Program-made: the position numbers and the translations under genes
Source: a virus
IMG/VR virus record: IMGVR_UViG_3300030104_005963
DNA length: 64,000 nucleotides
Direction: 5' to 3' (one strand)
The notes under the pieces: model-generated
Told to the model about the DNA's origin: nothing
Seen by the model: only the letters and a program-made list of their open reading frames with translations
Database searches by the model: none
In this document: positions 44,499 to 58,400 of the stretch, piece by piece
Numbering within the stretch: the stretch's first letter is position 1
How the letters are laid out: every line of letters starts with the position of its first letter

Positions 44499-46463
44499 AT
44501 GCCTTTCACTAAGTTTACAAACCTAGATTTCGATCAAATTAAGACATCCATTAAGGATTATCTTCGTGCAAACTCTGATTTTACAGATTTTGACTTTGAA
44601 GGATCTAATTTTTCGGCACTAATTGATACATTAGCATATAACACCTATATTACATCATTTAATTCAAATATGATTGTTAATGAATCCTTTTTGGATTCTG
44701 CGACAATCAGACAAAATGTAGTTTCTCTTGCCGGAAATATTGGTTATGTTCCAAGATCAAAAACTGCATCAAAAACAACAGTATCTCTTAGAGTTATTTT
44801 AGGATCTAACGATGACGTTAATGATGTTTCCACGATATCATTAAATGCCGGAATTTTTTCAACCGGAAGTTCTAATGATACGACATTTGTATTTTCTACA
44901 ATAGAAGATATACAAGGAAAAATTGAAATTGAAGATAATAATAAAGTTGCATATTTTGATAATATTGAAATATATCAAGGAACATTACTTAAAAAAAGTT
45001 TTATATATGATGGATCTTTAGATCAAAAATTTACTTTAAATAATTCAAATGTAGATGCGACAACAATATCAGTTTATATTAGTGATTTTGAATCTCAAAA
45101 AGGATTTAAATATAGTCCTGTAGAAAATATTTCAAATATTACTAAAGATTCAAGAATATATTTTATAAGAGAAATTCAGGATGAAAAATATGAGTTAAGA
45201 TTTGGTGATGGTATTTTTGGAAAAAAACTTGGTGATAGTGCCGGTGCCGATGGTAAGTATATTAATGTTGATTATTTGATTACTGATGGTAGAGAAGGAA
45301 ATGGAGTACAAAGATTTACCTATGCAGGATCACTTAAAAATCAGAATGGTAGTATTGTTGTACCTGCCAGTGTTGATCTTATAAAAGGTGAAAAAGTTAG
45401 TGATGGAGTTTACAATCCTATTGCCAAATCACAAAATGGAAATAATATTGAACCCATAGACTCTATTCGTTATTTTGCTCCTCTTGCATATTCAGCACAA
45501 AATCGTGCCGTCACTCCAAGAGATTATGAGGCAATTATCAAAAGAATATATCCAGATGCAGAATCAATTTCAATTGTTGGAGGAGAAGAGTTAGATCCTC
45601 CAGAATTTGGAAATGTAATTGTTAGTATAAAACCAAGAGGTGGAACATTTGTAAGTGATTTTAACAAAAAACAAATATTATCAAAACTTAGACAATATTC
45701 TGTTTCTGGTATTAATCAAAGAATTATTGATCTTAAAATACTTTATGTCGAACTTGATACATCCGTTTACTTTAATGAATCTTTTGTTTCAACCATATCA
45801 TCGTTACAGTCTGAAGTTTTAAATCAACTCACTGAATATTCCGAATCTACTAATTTTAATAAATTTGGAGGTAGATTTAAATATAGTAAATTACAAAATG
45901 TTATTGATGAAGTTGATCGAAATGCCATTACATCAAATATAACTAAAATTAAAATTAGAAGAGATTTAAAGGCAGCTATTAATCAATTAGCACAATATGA
46001 ATTATGTTTTGGAAATGAGTTTCACGTTAAAAGTGAAGGTCTCAATATAAAATCTACAGGATTTAAAGTTTTTGGCGAATCCTCAACTGTATACTTTACA
46101 GATATTCCAAATGAAGATGAAAAAACAGGAATACTTCAAATTGTTAAGTTGACAGGAAATAATCAAACAAAAATTGTAAATTCTTCTGCTGGTAAAATTG
46201 ATTATATTAAAGGTGAAATTATAGTTGATACTGTAAATATTATATCTACAGAAAAAACAAATAATATTATTGAAATTGAAGCAGTTCCAGAATCTAATGA
46301 TGTTGTAGGTTTGAAAGATTTATTCTTATCTCTTGATGTTTCTAAAAGTAGAATAAATATGTTGAGAGATTTAATTTCTTCTGGTGATGAGATATCTGGA
46401 GTGAAATTTATCGAAGATGCATTTACCTCAAGCTATTCAAACGGAAGTATAATAAGAAACTAA
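44499..46463 (+). CDS. gp6: Baseplate wedge subunit gp6
   Basis: LDFDQIK...DFDFEGSNFSALIDTLAY...ESFLDSA, QNRAVTPRDY. Confidence 0.93.
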   Translation: MPFTKFTNLDFDQIKTSIKDYLRANSDFTDFDFEGSNFSALIDTLAYNTYITSFNSNMIVNESFLDSATIRQNVVSLAGNIGYVPRSKTASKTTVSLRVILGSNDDVNDVSTISLNAGIFSTGSSNDTTFVFSTIEDIQGKIEIEDNNKVAYFDNIEIYQGTLLKKSFIYDGSLDQKFTLNNSNVDATTISVYISDFESQKGFKYSPVENISNITKDSRIYFIREIQDEKYELRFGDGIFGKKLGDSAGADGKYINVDYLITDGREGNGVQRFTYAGSLKNQNGSIVVPASVDLIKGEKVSDGVYNPIAKSQNGNNIEPIDSIRYFAPLAYSAQNRAVTPRDYEAIIKRIYPDAESISIVGGEELDPPEFGNVIVSIKPRGGTFVSDFNKKQILSKLRQYSVSGINQRIIDLKILYVELDTSVYFNESFVSTISSLQSEVLNQLTEYSESTNFNKFGGRFKYSKLQNVIDEVDRNAITSNITKIKIRRDLKAAINQLAQYELCFGNEFHVKSEGLNIKSTGFKVFGESSTVYFTDIPNEDEKTGILQIVKLTGNNQTKIVNSSAGKIDYIKGEIIVDTVNIISTEKTNNIIEIEAVPESNDVVGLKDLFLSLDVSKSRINMLRDLISSGDEISGVKFIEDAFTSSYSNGSIIRN

Positions 46464-46464
46464 T

Positions 46465-49400
46465 ATGATACAAACAGGATTTGAAACCCGCATACAGGTA
46501 CAAGATATTGTATCAAATCAACTTCCAAATTTCATTGTAGATGAAAGTCCGAAGACAATAGATTTTCTGAAACAATATTATATTTCTCAGGAATATCAAG
46601 GTGGTCCTACAGATTTATCGACAAATTTAGATCAATATTTAAATTTAGATAATCTTACCCCAGAAATTATAGTAGATAGTACAATCACTACTAGTTCTAC
46701 AACTAATAGTGATTCAACAATTAATGTATCCAGTACAAAAGGGTTTCCTAAAGAGTATGGGTTACTAAAAATTAATAATGAAATTATTTCTTATACAGGG
46801 ATAACAACAAACTCCTTTACAGGTTGTATTCGTGGATTTAGTGGAGTTACTTCTTATGGATCAAATTTTGATAAAGAAGAACTAATTTTTTCAGAATCAT
46901 CTTCAGAATCTCATAATTTAAATTCTTCTGTTAGAAATTTAAGTAGTTTATTTTTAAAAGAATTTTATAAAAAATTTAAAACAACATTTGCTCCAGGACT
47001 AGAAAATAATAATTTCGTATCGTCATTGAATGTTGGTACTTTTCTTAAGGAAATAAAATCTTTTTACCAAAGTAAAGGTACAAATGAATCTTTTAGAATA
47101 CTATTTGAAATTTTATATGGAGAAAATCCAACTGTTATAAATTTAGAAGAAAAATTAATTAAACCATCTTTTGCAGAATATAGAAGAAGAGAAGTTGCTG
47201 TAGCAAAAGTTATTTCCGGAGAAGGATCTTTCCTTAAAGGTCAAGGTTTATTTAAAGATAATTCAAATATTGTCGCATCAATTTCAGAAATATCTCCTTT
47301 TAATGTTAATGATGAAATTTTTTATAAATTATCTCTTTTTGTTGGATATGATGAAGACTCTGATATTCAGGGAAGATTTTTACCAACACCAAATTCTAAA
47401 TGTACAGAAGATGTTTTGATTAACGGATCTGTTGTAAACGTTGATTCTACAATTGGATTTAATAAAAGTGGAAAATTTAGGGCAGGATCTAACATAGTTT
47501 CATATACAGATAAAACTGTTAATCAATTTTTAAACTGTACTGGTATCAGTAGTCCAATATCTCAGGGAGATTTGATTTATGATAATGAAATTTATTATGG
47601 ATATGAAAATGGAGATATTAATAAAAAAGTTGAATTAGTATTTTTTACCACTCTTAGTAATTTTATACAGAAAGGTGTTGTAAATGTTAATGAAAGTGAT
47701 CCAATTGGAGTAAAAAATCTTGGTGATAAAGTAATTAATCCTACACAAAATAAATCTTCAAAACAAATATTAGCAAATTCTTGGATTTATAATACCAATT
47801 CCTCATATTTCATTGATAATTATGATTCCGGTTTTCTTGAACTTTTTTCTCCTATTGATAAATCTAGTTTAAAATTAGGTGACTCTGTTGAAATTGTTGA
47901 AAGAAATACTGGAGTAGTAATATTTCCTAATGAAAATAATAAACCTTTTGTATCAATTGACGGAATTGCTGAGGGTAATGAACAAAAAATACAAGGAAGA
48001 AAAAATGTAATAATAAATGATATTGACTACACCAAATTAGGTATTGGGACAGATTATAATTTAAGAAAAAAACTCAATAAAGCTAAGATTGGGGATAATA
48101 GTAACGTAACGTTTAAATATGGAAATGAGAGTTTAATATCAGACGTTCAAAATGTTTATTTTGATGATGAATTTGCTTATGTTGCATCAAATTCTTTACC
48201 TTCTACAAAAACAAGAGGAGGTATTAAAAATGACAGTAGAGATGAGTTTCCTCTTTCAGAAGATATTGATGTCAAAATTAAAAAATTAGTAATTGATCTT
48301 GATACTGGTACTGGAGGTATTTTAACATCATTTAATGAGTTAACTAAAGATTTTAATGGTATAAAAGTATTAGATGATGGTGGAAATACTCCATTCAAAA
48401 CCGGTGAAAAAATATTTTACAAACCAGAAACAAATTCTATAGTTGGATTAGAGACAGGAAATTATTTTGTTGAAGTAATTGAAGGTAATGGTGATAGTGA
48501 TGTAATTAAATTATATGGATCAAATTATCTTATAGGAACTAATAACAACATAAAGTTGTCTAATATAGGGGGAACACATACGTTTGTATTAGAGTCTCAA
48601 AAATCTGGAACAATTGGACCACAAAAGTTATTGAAAAAATTCTCAATCAATCAGAAATTGGTAGATGGGAAAAATGAAAAAACTATTCCTGGAGGAGTAG
48701 GTTTATTAATAAATGGTGTTGAAATAACAAATTATAAATCTACAGATAAAATATATTATGGACCACTAAAAAAAATTAACGTCTTAAATGGGGGGGAAAA
48801 TTTTGATGTCATAAATCCACCAAAAATTGTTGTAGAGTCTGGATTAGGAAATACTGCTCTAGCTCAACCAGTTATTACTGGATCTATAAAAGATGTTTTA
48901 ATAGATTTTGACACATATAATTTTAATATTTCTAATATCATATCTATAGGTGTAACAGGTGGAAATGGAACTGGTTGCGCTCTTGAACCGTCCGTCTCAA
49001 ATACTTCTTTCAGAGAAATTAAATTTGATGGTAGACCGCAAACTTCAGGTGGTGGAATTAATACAATAACAAATCAAATACTTTTTGATACACCTCATGG
49101 ATTTACCAGTGGACAAGAAGTTATCTATGACTCTAATTTTGGTAGTTTAGTTGGAATTGGTCTTTCGAGTAACAGTAATAGTACAACTCTTGTAAATAAA
49201 TCAACCTATGTTGTTGAAGTACCAAACGTTCGTACTGTAAAACTTTACAGAAACAGAGACGACTATGATGCAAGAATCAATGCAATTAGTTTTAATGGAA
49301 CACAAGGGTCTGGAAATCAAAAATTAAAAGTAGGACCATTAGGAGTATTAAAGGATATTATTGTAATTGATGGTGGAAAGGGGTATACTAATAAAAAATT

Positions 49401-52400
49401 AATTGTTAAATCATCGGATGTATCTACAAACTATAATTGGATAGAATTTAAAAATCATGGTTTTAATAATGGAGAATTAATTGATTATTCTATTGCATCC
49501 GGTAATGGAGTATCATCACCAACAGTCATATCAGGATTATCTACCGATAAAAAATATCAAATTCTTAAACTTGATGATAATAAATTTAGAGTCTGTGATG
49601 CTGGAATTGGAGGAACTATTGTTTCCAATTTTGAAAGAAAAAATTATGTTAAATTTGAATCTTCTGGAACAGGATATCAACAATTCAGTTATCCTAAAAT
49701 TTCTGTAGATTTTAGAGTTATTACCGCAGGTATTGGAGAAACAACAATAACAATAACTCCTGTAGTAAAAGGATCTATAACTTCTGTAGATTTGTATGAG
49801 AATGGCACTGGATATGGATCTTCTATTATAAATTATGAAAATAGTCCAAAAGTTTTAATTAAAAATGGAAAAAATGCTAGAGTTGTACCCATAATATCAA
49901 ATGGTAGAATAAATTCTATAAATGTTGAATATGGTGGAGAAGAATATTATTCAACACCAGATGTTATTGTTACGGATACATCTAAGTCCGGTTCTGGTGC
50001 TGTTTTAAGAGCTATAATAAAAAATAATAAATTAGATTCTGTAAAAGTAATAAAATCAGGTATTGGTTATTCAGCATCAGATACATCTGTATCCGTAATT
50101 TCTTCGGGATTTAATCATTTCTTAGAATCTAAAGTAAGAGATTTAACAATTGTAACTAATGAAATTTTCAATTCAAATAAACTTTTAGTTGATAATGATA
50201 ATGATGAATTAAAATATTCTGTTTGTGGATATGATGTAAATTTATTCTCAGATAATGGTAGTTCTATATCTGGTATTATTGGATGGGCATATGATGGAAA
50301 TCCAATTTATGGACCATTTGGATCTACCGATCCAAATAGTTTTATATTCAAATCTAAATTAAAATCCGGATATGTACTCGATACATCAAATGTAACAGAT
50401 AGACCGATTGGATTTTCTAATGGATTTTTTGTGGAAGATTATCAATATAATGGAATAGGTGCAGATTTAGATGAGCATAATGGTAGATATGAAAAAAATA
50501 AAGATTTTCCAAATGGAGTTTATGCATATCACGCAGTAGTTGGACAAAATAATGTCCCAATATTCCCATTTTTTGTAGGGGATACTTATAGATCCAAAAA
50601 AATAAAAGAAAATTTTGAATTTGATTTTAATCAATCATACGATTTTATTAATTCTACTTTACAAAGAAATACATTTCCATATAATGTTGGTGAAAAATAT
50701 GCTGACAACTATTTCATAAAAATAAAAAAAGATCAAAAAATAGTTGCAGATAAAATAACATCTGGTAATGTAGAAAATACATCTATAGTTAACGAAGGAA
50801 CAGATTTTAAAGTAAATGATATTATAAAATTTGATAGTAGTGAGACTGGAGGAAGTGGTCTGAATATAAAAGTCTCTTCTGTTACAGGTAAAAAAATAGA
50901 GAGTGTAGACACGGTAAAAGAAGAATATAATAATTCTATTTTAACTTGGGGAGGAAATACTGTACAAGTTACCCTTGAAACTGAACACGAATTTGAAACA
51001 GGTGATTACGTATCATTTTCTGGAATATCGACAGATTCCTTAAAAAGTTTAGAAAAATATCATAGAATAGTAGTTGAAAGTGATTCAACATCTAGACTTA
51101 TATCGTCTATTTCTGCTGGTGCAGCCACAACTGAAATATATCCATCATTTATCCCAAATTATGTTTCTGCGGGATCTACAATTGGTATTGGAAACGAATC
51201 ATTAACAGTATTGAATGTATTTGAAGATTCAAATATTTTAAGAGTAATAAGAGGTAATTCGGGTATTTCTCATACAGAATCTTCACTAGTAAATTATAAA
51301 ACAAAGAGTTTTACTTTTGATAATCAAGTTCCATATTTTAATTCTAATAATAATCGTAAGATTTATTTTAATGCTGCAGAATCTGTAGGAATTGGAACTA
51401 TATTTGGAATAGGATTTTCCACATCATTTATTTTTGGAGATTCCACTATTTCTAGAGAAATTCCTGTGAGAGGAATATATTTAAAAAATCATCCATTTAA
51501 AACAAATCAATTAATAAAATTAACAAATCCCACAGATACAAAACGCATTACATATTCTATAGAACCTAATGGTACGATAATACAACTTGAAAATGGAAAT
51601 TATTATGCTGTAAACAAATCTAAAAATGTAATAGGAATTAAAACCGGAATAGGTGATAATTTTAATGAAATATATTTTAGAGGGTTTGCAGGATCTGGTA
51701 GTAACACCGAAAACACTGATACATATCTTTTCGAAGAAACATTTGATCAGATAACTGCCACTGCAAAATCAATAAAAACAACTGTTTCTGTATCTACTTT
51801 CCATGATCTTGGAAGAAATGATTTAGTTAAATTGAATATTGTTCCTAATCTTTCTGTTGGAATTGGAACATCATCATCATCTGTGGTTGTTAAAATAGAT
51901 AATTCTACAAATCAAATTCTTGTAAATCCTGTAGGATTTAGTTCCTTGGGTATTAATACTATAACAAATCAAATATCTTTAACTAATCATCCATTTAAAA
52001 CAGGTGATAAGGTAAAATATACTTATTCTGATAAGGTAGCATCTGGGTTGGATACTGGAGGATATTATATTTTTAAAGTTGATGAGGACACAATTAAACT
52101 TGGAGAAACTTTTTCTGATGTAGTATCAAATAATCCGAGAATTGTTAGTATCGCAGGAACTGGAGGAGAGTCTCATACATTATCGTTAATTAATCCCGAA
52201 ATAAAAGTTACAAAAAATAATAATCTTACTTTTGACTTATCAGATGGTTCTTTAGGTGGATATGAATTTAAAATTTACCATGATGGTGATTTTAAAAATG
52301 AATTTGTATCTACAGGAAATACATCGACATTTAATATTGTAGGATTCGGAACAGTTGGATTAGCAGGAGCAGGTTTAACTGTTTATTCTGATAACAATTC

Positions 52401-55400
52401 CCCAATTTCATTATTCTATAATGTGGAAAAATCTGGATATATTAGCACTTCCGATAAAGATGTTAAAAATTATTCCAATATCAATTTTAACTCTAGTAAT
52501 TATAATAGAGAATTTAAAATTCTTAATGGAGTTGGATCAACTACATTTAGTGTATATCTAGAAAATGATCCTGAAAGATTTTCATATTCACCATCAGACT
52601 GTGATGTGCTCGAATATTCAACTACATCAGAAAATGCAAAGGGAGGTATAAATTCTTTAAATATTGTATCTTCAGGAAGTAATTATAAAAAACTTCCTAA
52701 AGTTGTTGGATCTTCTTCAACTATATCTGAAAACGCCATAATTACCGTTTCTTCTCAAAGTATTGGAAATATTAGAGATATTGATATTATCACTGATGAA
52801 TTTAAATATTATACTGATACTACTTTAAGACCCACAACTTTACTCCCCAGTATTATTGAATTGAAAAATTCAAATACAATAGATTCTGTTAAAGTAGAAA
52901 ATCCAGGATTAAATTATTTTTCTGCACCTAGTTTAGTAATAGTTGATAAAGTAACCGGTAAAAAACTTGATACTGGATTTTTAGAACCAATATTTAATAC
53001 AAGTATAACAGGTGTAAAAATTGCATCAACACCATTTGGACTTCCTGATACTGGAGTTTTGATTAGAACAATATTAAATGATAATGGATTTACCATTGAT
53101 AAAATTGACTCTGCTGAGGGAACCGAATTTACATGTACTTTAATTACTCCAACTGCTGGATTTAGTACATCTCCATTCGTAATTGGTGATGAAGTATATG
53201 TTGAAGGTATACAAAAGATTAATTCTGATGGAACTGGACACAATTCTGAAGATTATGGATATCAATTTTTAAAAGTAGTATCTATTCCAGATCCTTTTGG
53301 AAATCCAAATCCAAATCCTTTTAGAGTTAAATTTGATGTGGTCGGATTAACAACAAATACTGGAATAGCAGTTACTGAATCAAACGGATTGGGAAGATTA
53401 ATACCTAGTAGTCAATATCCAACTTTTAAAACATCTTTAATTTCATCACCATTTTTACTTGGAGAAAAACTTAATGTTAATGAATTAGAAAAAGATTTGG
53501 AAGTTGTCAGAAAAAATGATGGTGAACTTGTTGTGTTTGGAAGTGATTCGGAAACCCTAAAAATAGGGGATCAAATTTTAGGAAGAAATTCTTTAACAAT
53601 AGGAAAAATTAACAAAATATCTAATAATGAAGGAACTTTCAATATAGATTTTTCATATAAAACTGATATTGGATGGGAAAACTCAACCGGAAAATTAAAC
53701 AATGATCATCAAGTTATTCCAGATAATGATTATTATCAAAATTTATCATATTCTGTAAAAAGTAATCAAACTTGGAAAGAAATAAAATCTCCTGTTGGTA
53801 GACTTGTTCACACTTCAGGGTTAAAAAATTTCTCTGATACTCAGATTCCATCAGAAACAAAAACTAGTATCGGAAGCACAAATCAAACACTTGTAATTAG
53901 TGATACATTTGATGAGTCTAGGGTTGATATCCTTAGAGGAATAGATTTAGTTAGAGATGATGAGTCTGATGGAGAAGTTTCAAATTTCCTACAATTTAAT
54001 AAAACTAGATTTGTTAATTTTATTGATTGTAGAACAAATAATGTTCTTTCTATTGATAATATAAATCAACAATTCTCCAATTTGGAATCTAATCCTGATA
54101 GATTTTTAAATCTTGATATTCTTGAGAATATAGAAAGATATGATAATTATTTGGTTAGAATTGAAAGTTTTAATCATTCTGTAAAACAAATACAACTTTC
54201 GGAATTTGTAGTATTATCTAATGGAAGAAGAAATCACACAATATTCAGCAAATCGGAATTAACTAATTCTGGAGAAAATTTTACAACTTTTGCTGAAGAT
54301 AGATTTGGAAATTATGTTATAGAAACAAATTCTGAAGAAAAAATTACTTATCTTAGATTTTCTCCAGATAATCCAAATGATATTGATTATGATCTTAAAT
54401 TTATTAAGACAAGTATAAATCCTTTGATGCGTGGTGTTGGAATTCATTCAATGGGATTTATTGATTTGATAGCATCAAATAAACCTATCTTGGCAGGTGC
54501 GACAGGGGTATTATTATCTAAAAATATAGAAGATATTGAATCTGCACATATTAGTACTAGAGTTATTAATGCGAGAACAAAAGAAATAAATTTTGTAGAA
54601 ACATATATTACACATGATGGAACAGACACTTATATTTCAGAATACTATGTTGATGCTGGAGGTGAAAGTCTTGATAATAGAATAGGAATTTCATCCGTTT
54701 CTATTGAAAGTGGTAATTTAATATTTTCATATGTAAATGATACTACCAATAATTTAAGAGTTAATTCTAAAATAATTGGATTTGGGACAGCATCTCGTGG
54801 AAATGGAGAATATCGATATTTGGTTGATGGTCAAAATTCTGGAGAAGAAAAAACTGCATTATATCAATCATCTTTTACATCTAGAGTTGGAATAACTACA
54901 TTATTCTCTGGAAATCCACTTACATTTGATGCTATTAAATGTACTGTTGAAGTAAGTGCAGGTTCTTCAAAGGCTTTACATCAAATAACTGCAATACATG
55001 ATGGAAATAATGCTTATTTACAACAATCCCAATTCCTAGCAAATAATTATGATTCTATAATAGGACTAGGAACTTTTAGTGCTACACATGCTTCTAATGA
55101 GTTTATTGTTAAATTCCATCCAGAAGATACTACTGGAATTACAAGTATTAAAACTTTTAATCAAGTATTTTATAAAGGTATAGACGATGATAATATTCCC
55201 AATGAATTAAAATATAAAAATATTACAGAAAGTGCAGAATTTAAATTTTATAATGCAATTAATGGAGATAGAATTAATAGAAAACAGTTTGATTTAAAAC
55301 ATAAAAATGTTGATATATTCAAAAAATCATTCAATCCAGCATCTACCATTGTTGCAGCAGTTAATACTGGAATTGGATATAGTGCATTTAGTGTTAAAGA

Positions 55401-58400
55401 TCATTTCTTTAGAACTGGTGAAGAATTAATTTACACTCCTAAATCTACATTTGTTGGAGTTGGTTCAACTCCAATGCAATATACTATTGATGGATCTACA
55501 GTTGGTGTATTAACATCTAGAGTTTTTGCAATAAGACATACTGACGATGAATTTGGAATTGCAACAACTAAGGCACATGCAGATAGTGGAATAGGAATTA
55601 CTGTTACTTCTTTTGGAGAAGGAAATGCACATACACTTGAAATGGTTAAGTCTAATGAAAAAGCATTAATGGCTATTGATGGTATTGTTCAAACTCCAAT
55701 ATCTAATACACGTATTACACATACCATAGCTAATAATGCTGCACCTGGAATAACAACTGATCAAACTATTTTTGCTCTCAGTGGAATTTCATCTGTAAGT
55801 ATTATAAACATCCTTAAAGTTGAAGATGAATATATGAGGGTTGATAATGTTGGAGTCGGAACATTAGCAATAGGACCCATAACTCCCGGAGAAGGAAATT
55901 TCAAACTAGTAAGTGTTGAAAGAGGATCGGTTGGTAGTTCTGCTACTGCTCATGCAAATGGAACACTTGTAGAACTTTATAAAGGAAACTACAATATAGT
56001 TGATAGTAAGGTTAATTTTATTGAAGCACCTAGAGGTAATCCTCAAGGTCAGGATAGAAATGGATTACCGTTCTCAAGATCTATATTTAATGGTAGAGTT
56101 TATTTTAGAAACAATTATGCATCTAATTTCATATATGATGATATTTCTCCACAATTCACAGGAATAAAATCAGACTTTACTTTGACTATTAATGGTGAAG
56201 AAGTTGAGGGTATTGGACCGGAAGGTGGCCAAGGTGTTCTATTCATTAATGGAATATTCCAAACACCGATTACTGATAATAATCCCAATCAAAATTATCA
56301 AATTTTAGAATCATCTAACAGAGCAGTAACATTATCTTCTAATTACACATTAACTGCTGGAATGGGAATAACACAGTTTAATAACCCAAATTTATCTGCT
56401 ACTGTTGTAAGTGGAACTAGTTCTGGAATAGCTACTTTCTCTATAACAAATGGATCTTTAAATGTTGGAATAGGAAGCACATTATTTGCAAACGGTACTG
56501 ATACTAATGTGTATCCGACAAATGTTTCATTTGTTACTGGTATATCAACAGTCAAATTTACCGGAACATATCCTGATGATATTGAAAAAGATTTTATTAG
56601 TGAATCTGATGTAAACTCAAATCAAATACCTAGAGGTGGATTACCTATATCCGTAGGATCTACTGCAGGACTTGGATATGCTCCACTAATAGGTGCTAAA
56701 CTTCGTCCTGTAGTAGTAGGAGGTTCCATAGTAGATGTTGTTGGTGTAGCCACTACAGGGGCATCTCTTGGCATTCAAACCGCACTGTATAATAATGTGA
56801 CCGGTATCCTATCTGTAACTACAACAACGGACCACGGACTTGATTTTGGTGATCAAAGTAAAGATCAGATAAGGTTGGTTGGTCTATCGTTCACATGCAA
56901 TTCTGGTTCTGGAACTGTCATTTACCCTACTGGTGGAGAAAAAGGATATTCATTAATAAGTACACCGAGTTCTACGGTATTTGAGGTTAATGCAGGAATT
57001 AGTACATTAATTCATTACTATAATGGAGGGGGAACTGTTATTCCATTCTTCCCACAGTTAAGTTTTGGATCTGGATATAATGGAATTGTTTCCGTATCTG
57101 TTGCAGTTACAGAAACTGGACATACTGGAAATGCTGCGGTTATAACTGGAACACCTGTAACATTTAATACACACCAATTTATTAGTGCTACTGCAGGAAT
57201 TCAAAAATCAGGAAGTCCTGCAATTCAACCAGAATCTGGAACTACATATAATCCTTCAACTGGAATCTTATCAATTACTGCAGCATCTCATGGATTATCT
57301 ACTAATGATCTTGTAACAATTCAAGATGGATCTTTGGTATTTTCTTGTGCTCAAGATAGTTTCCAAACTTTACATCCATATCCAAGAAGCACTGATTATG
57401 TATCAGGTATTTCTACTGCGATTACCAAAATAAATGACGATGTATTTACAGTATTTGTTGGAACATCTCCCGCACATGGTGGAGGAGCACTTACATTTAA
57501 TATTTCCAACGGTGGAACTGGTTATACCAATCCAACAATATTTGTTTCAGAACCATCTTATGAAAATCTTTCTATAGTTGGTATTTCTAGAAGGGCAGAT
57601 GGACCGACTACTGATACTGGAGTAGGATTAAAAATTGATGCGAAAACAACTCCAAGTGCCGATTATACGGGAATAGGATCAGAATTATTTGAAATATCAG
57701 AATTTGAAATTAGCACTCCTGGATATGGATTTTTCCCCGGAGATAAATTTAAGGCAGTTGGATTAGTCACTTCTAGATTTATAGAATCACTAATTAAAGA
57801 ATTTGAAATGGAGGTAACAGAAACATTTACCGACCAATTTGCATTATGGCAGTTTGGTGAATTTGATTATATCGATTCTATTGCACCATTACAAAATGGT
57901 AGAAGAACTAGATTCCCATTAAGATATGAAAATGAATTAATTAGTGTCGAGGCAAATGATGCTTTTAATGTTGAATTAAATCCAATTCTTCTTATCTTTA
58001 GAAATAGAGTTATACAAGAACCTGGAAAAACATATGAATTTATTGGAGGAACATCTGTTAACTTTAAAGTTGCACCAAGATCTGAAGATGATATACAAAT
58101 TTTCTTCTATAAAGGAACTGATGGTGAAGACTCTTCCATTGTAGAAGCTCCACCATCACCAATTGAAATTGGTGATGAAGTACAAGTTATGGGAAAACCA
58201 AATCAAGATAATAGATTAATTCATGAATTTACGCAAGCAGATACTATAAGAACAAATTCATATAGAGGACTTGGAATAACAGATGACTTTGAACCAGTTG
58301 AAGTTACAAGACAAAAATATGATTTATTCATTGATGGTAACGTTATTGATAAATCAAGAATTCTTTTAGAACCAAGAATTAATCCAGCAGCAAAAATAAT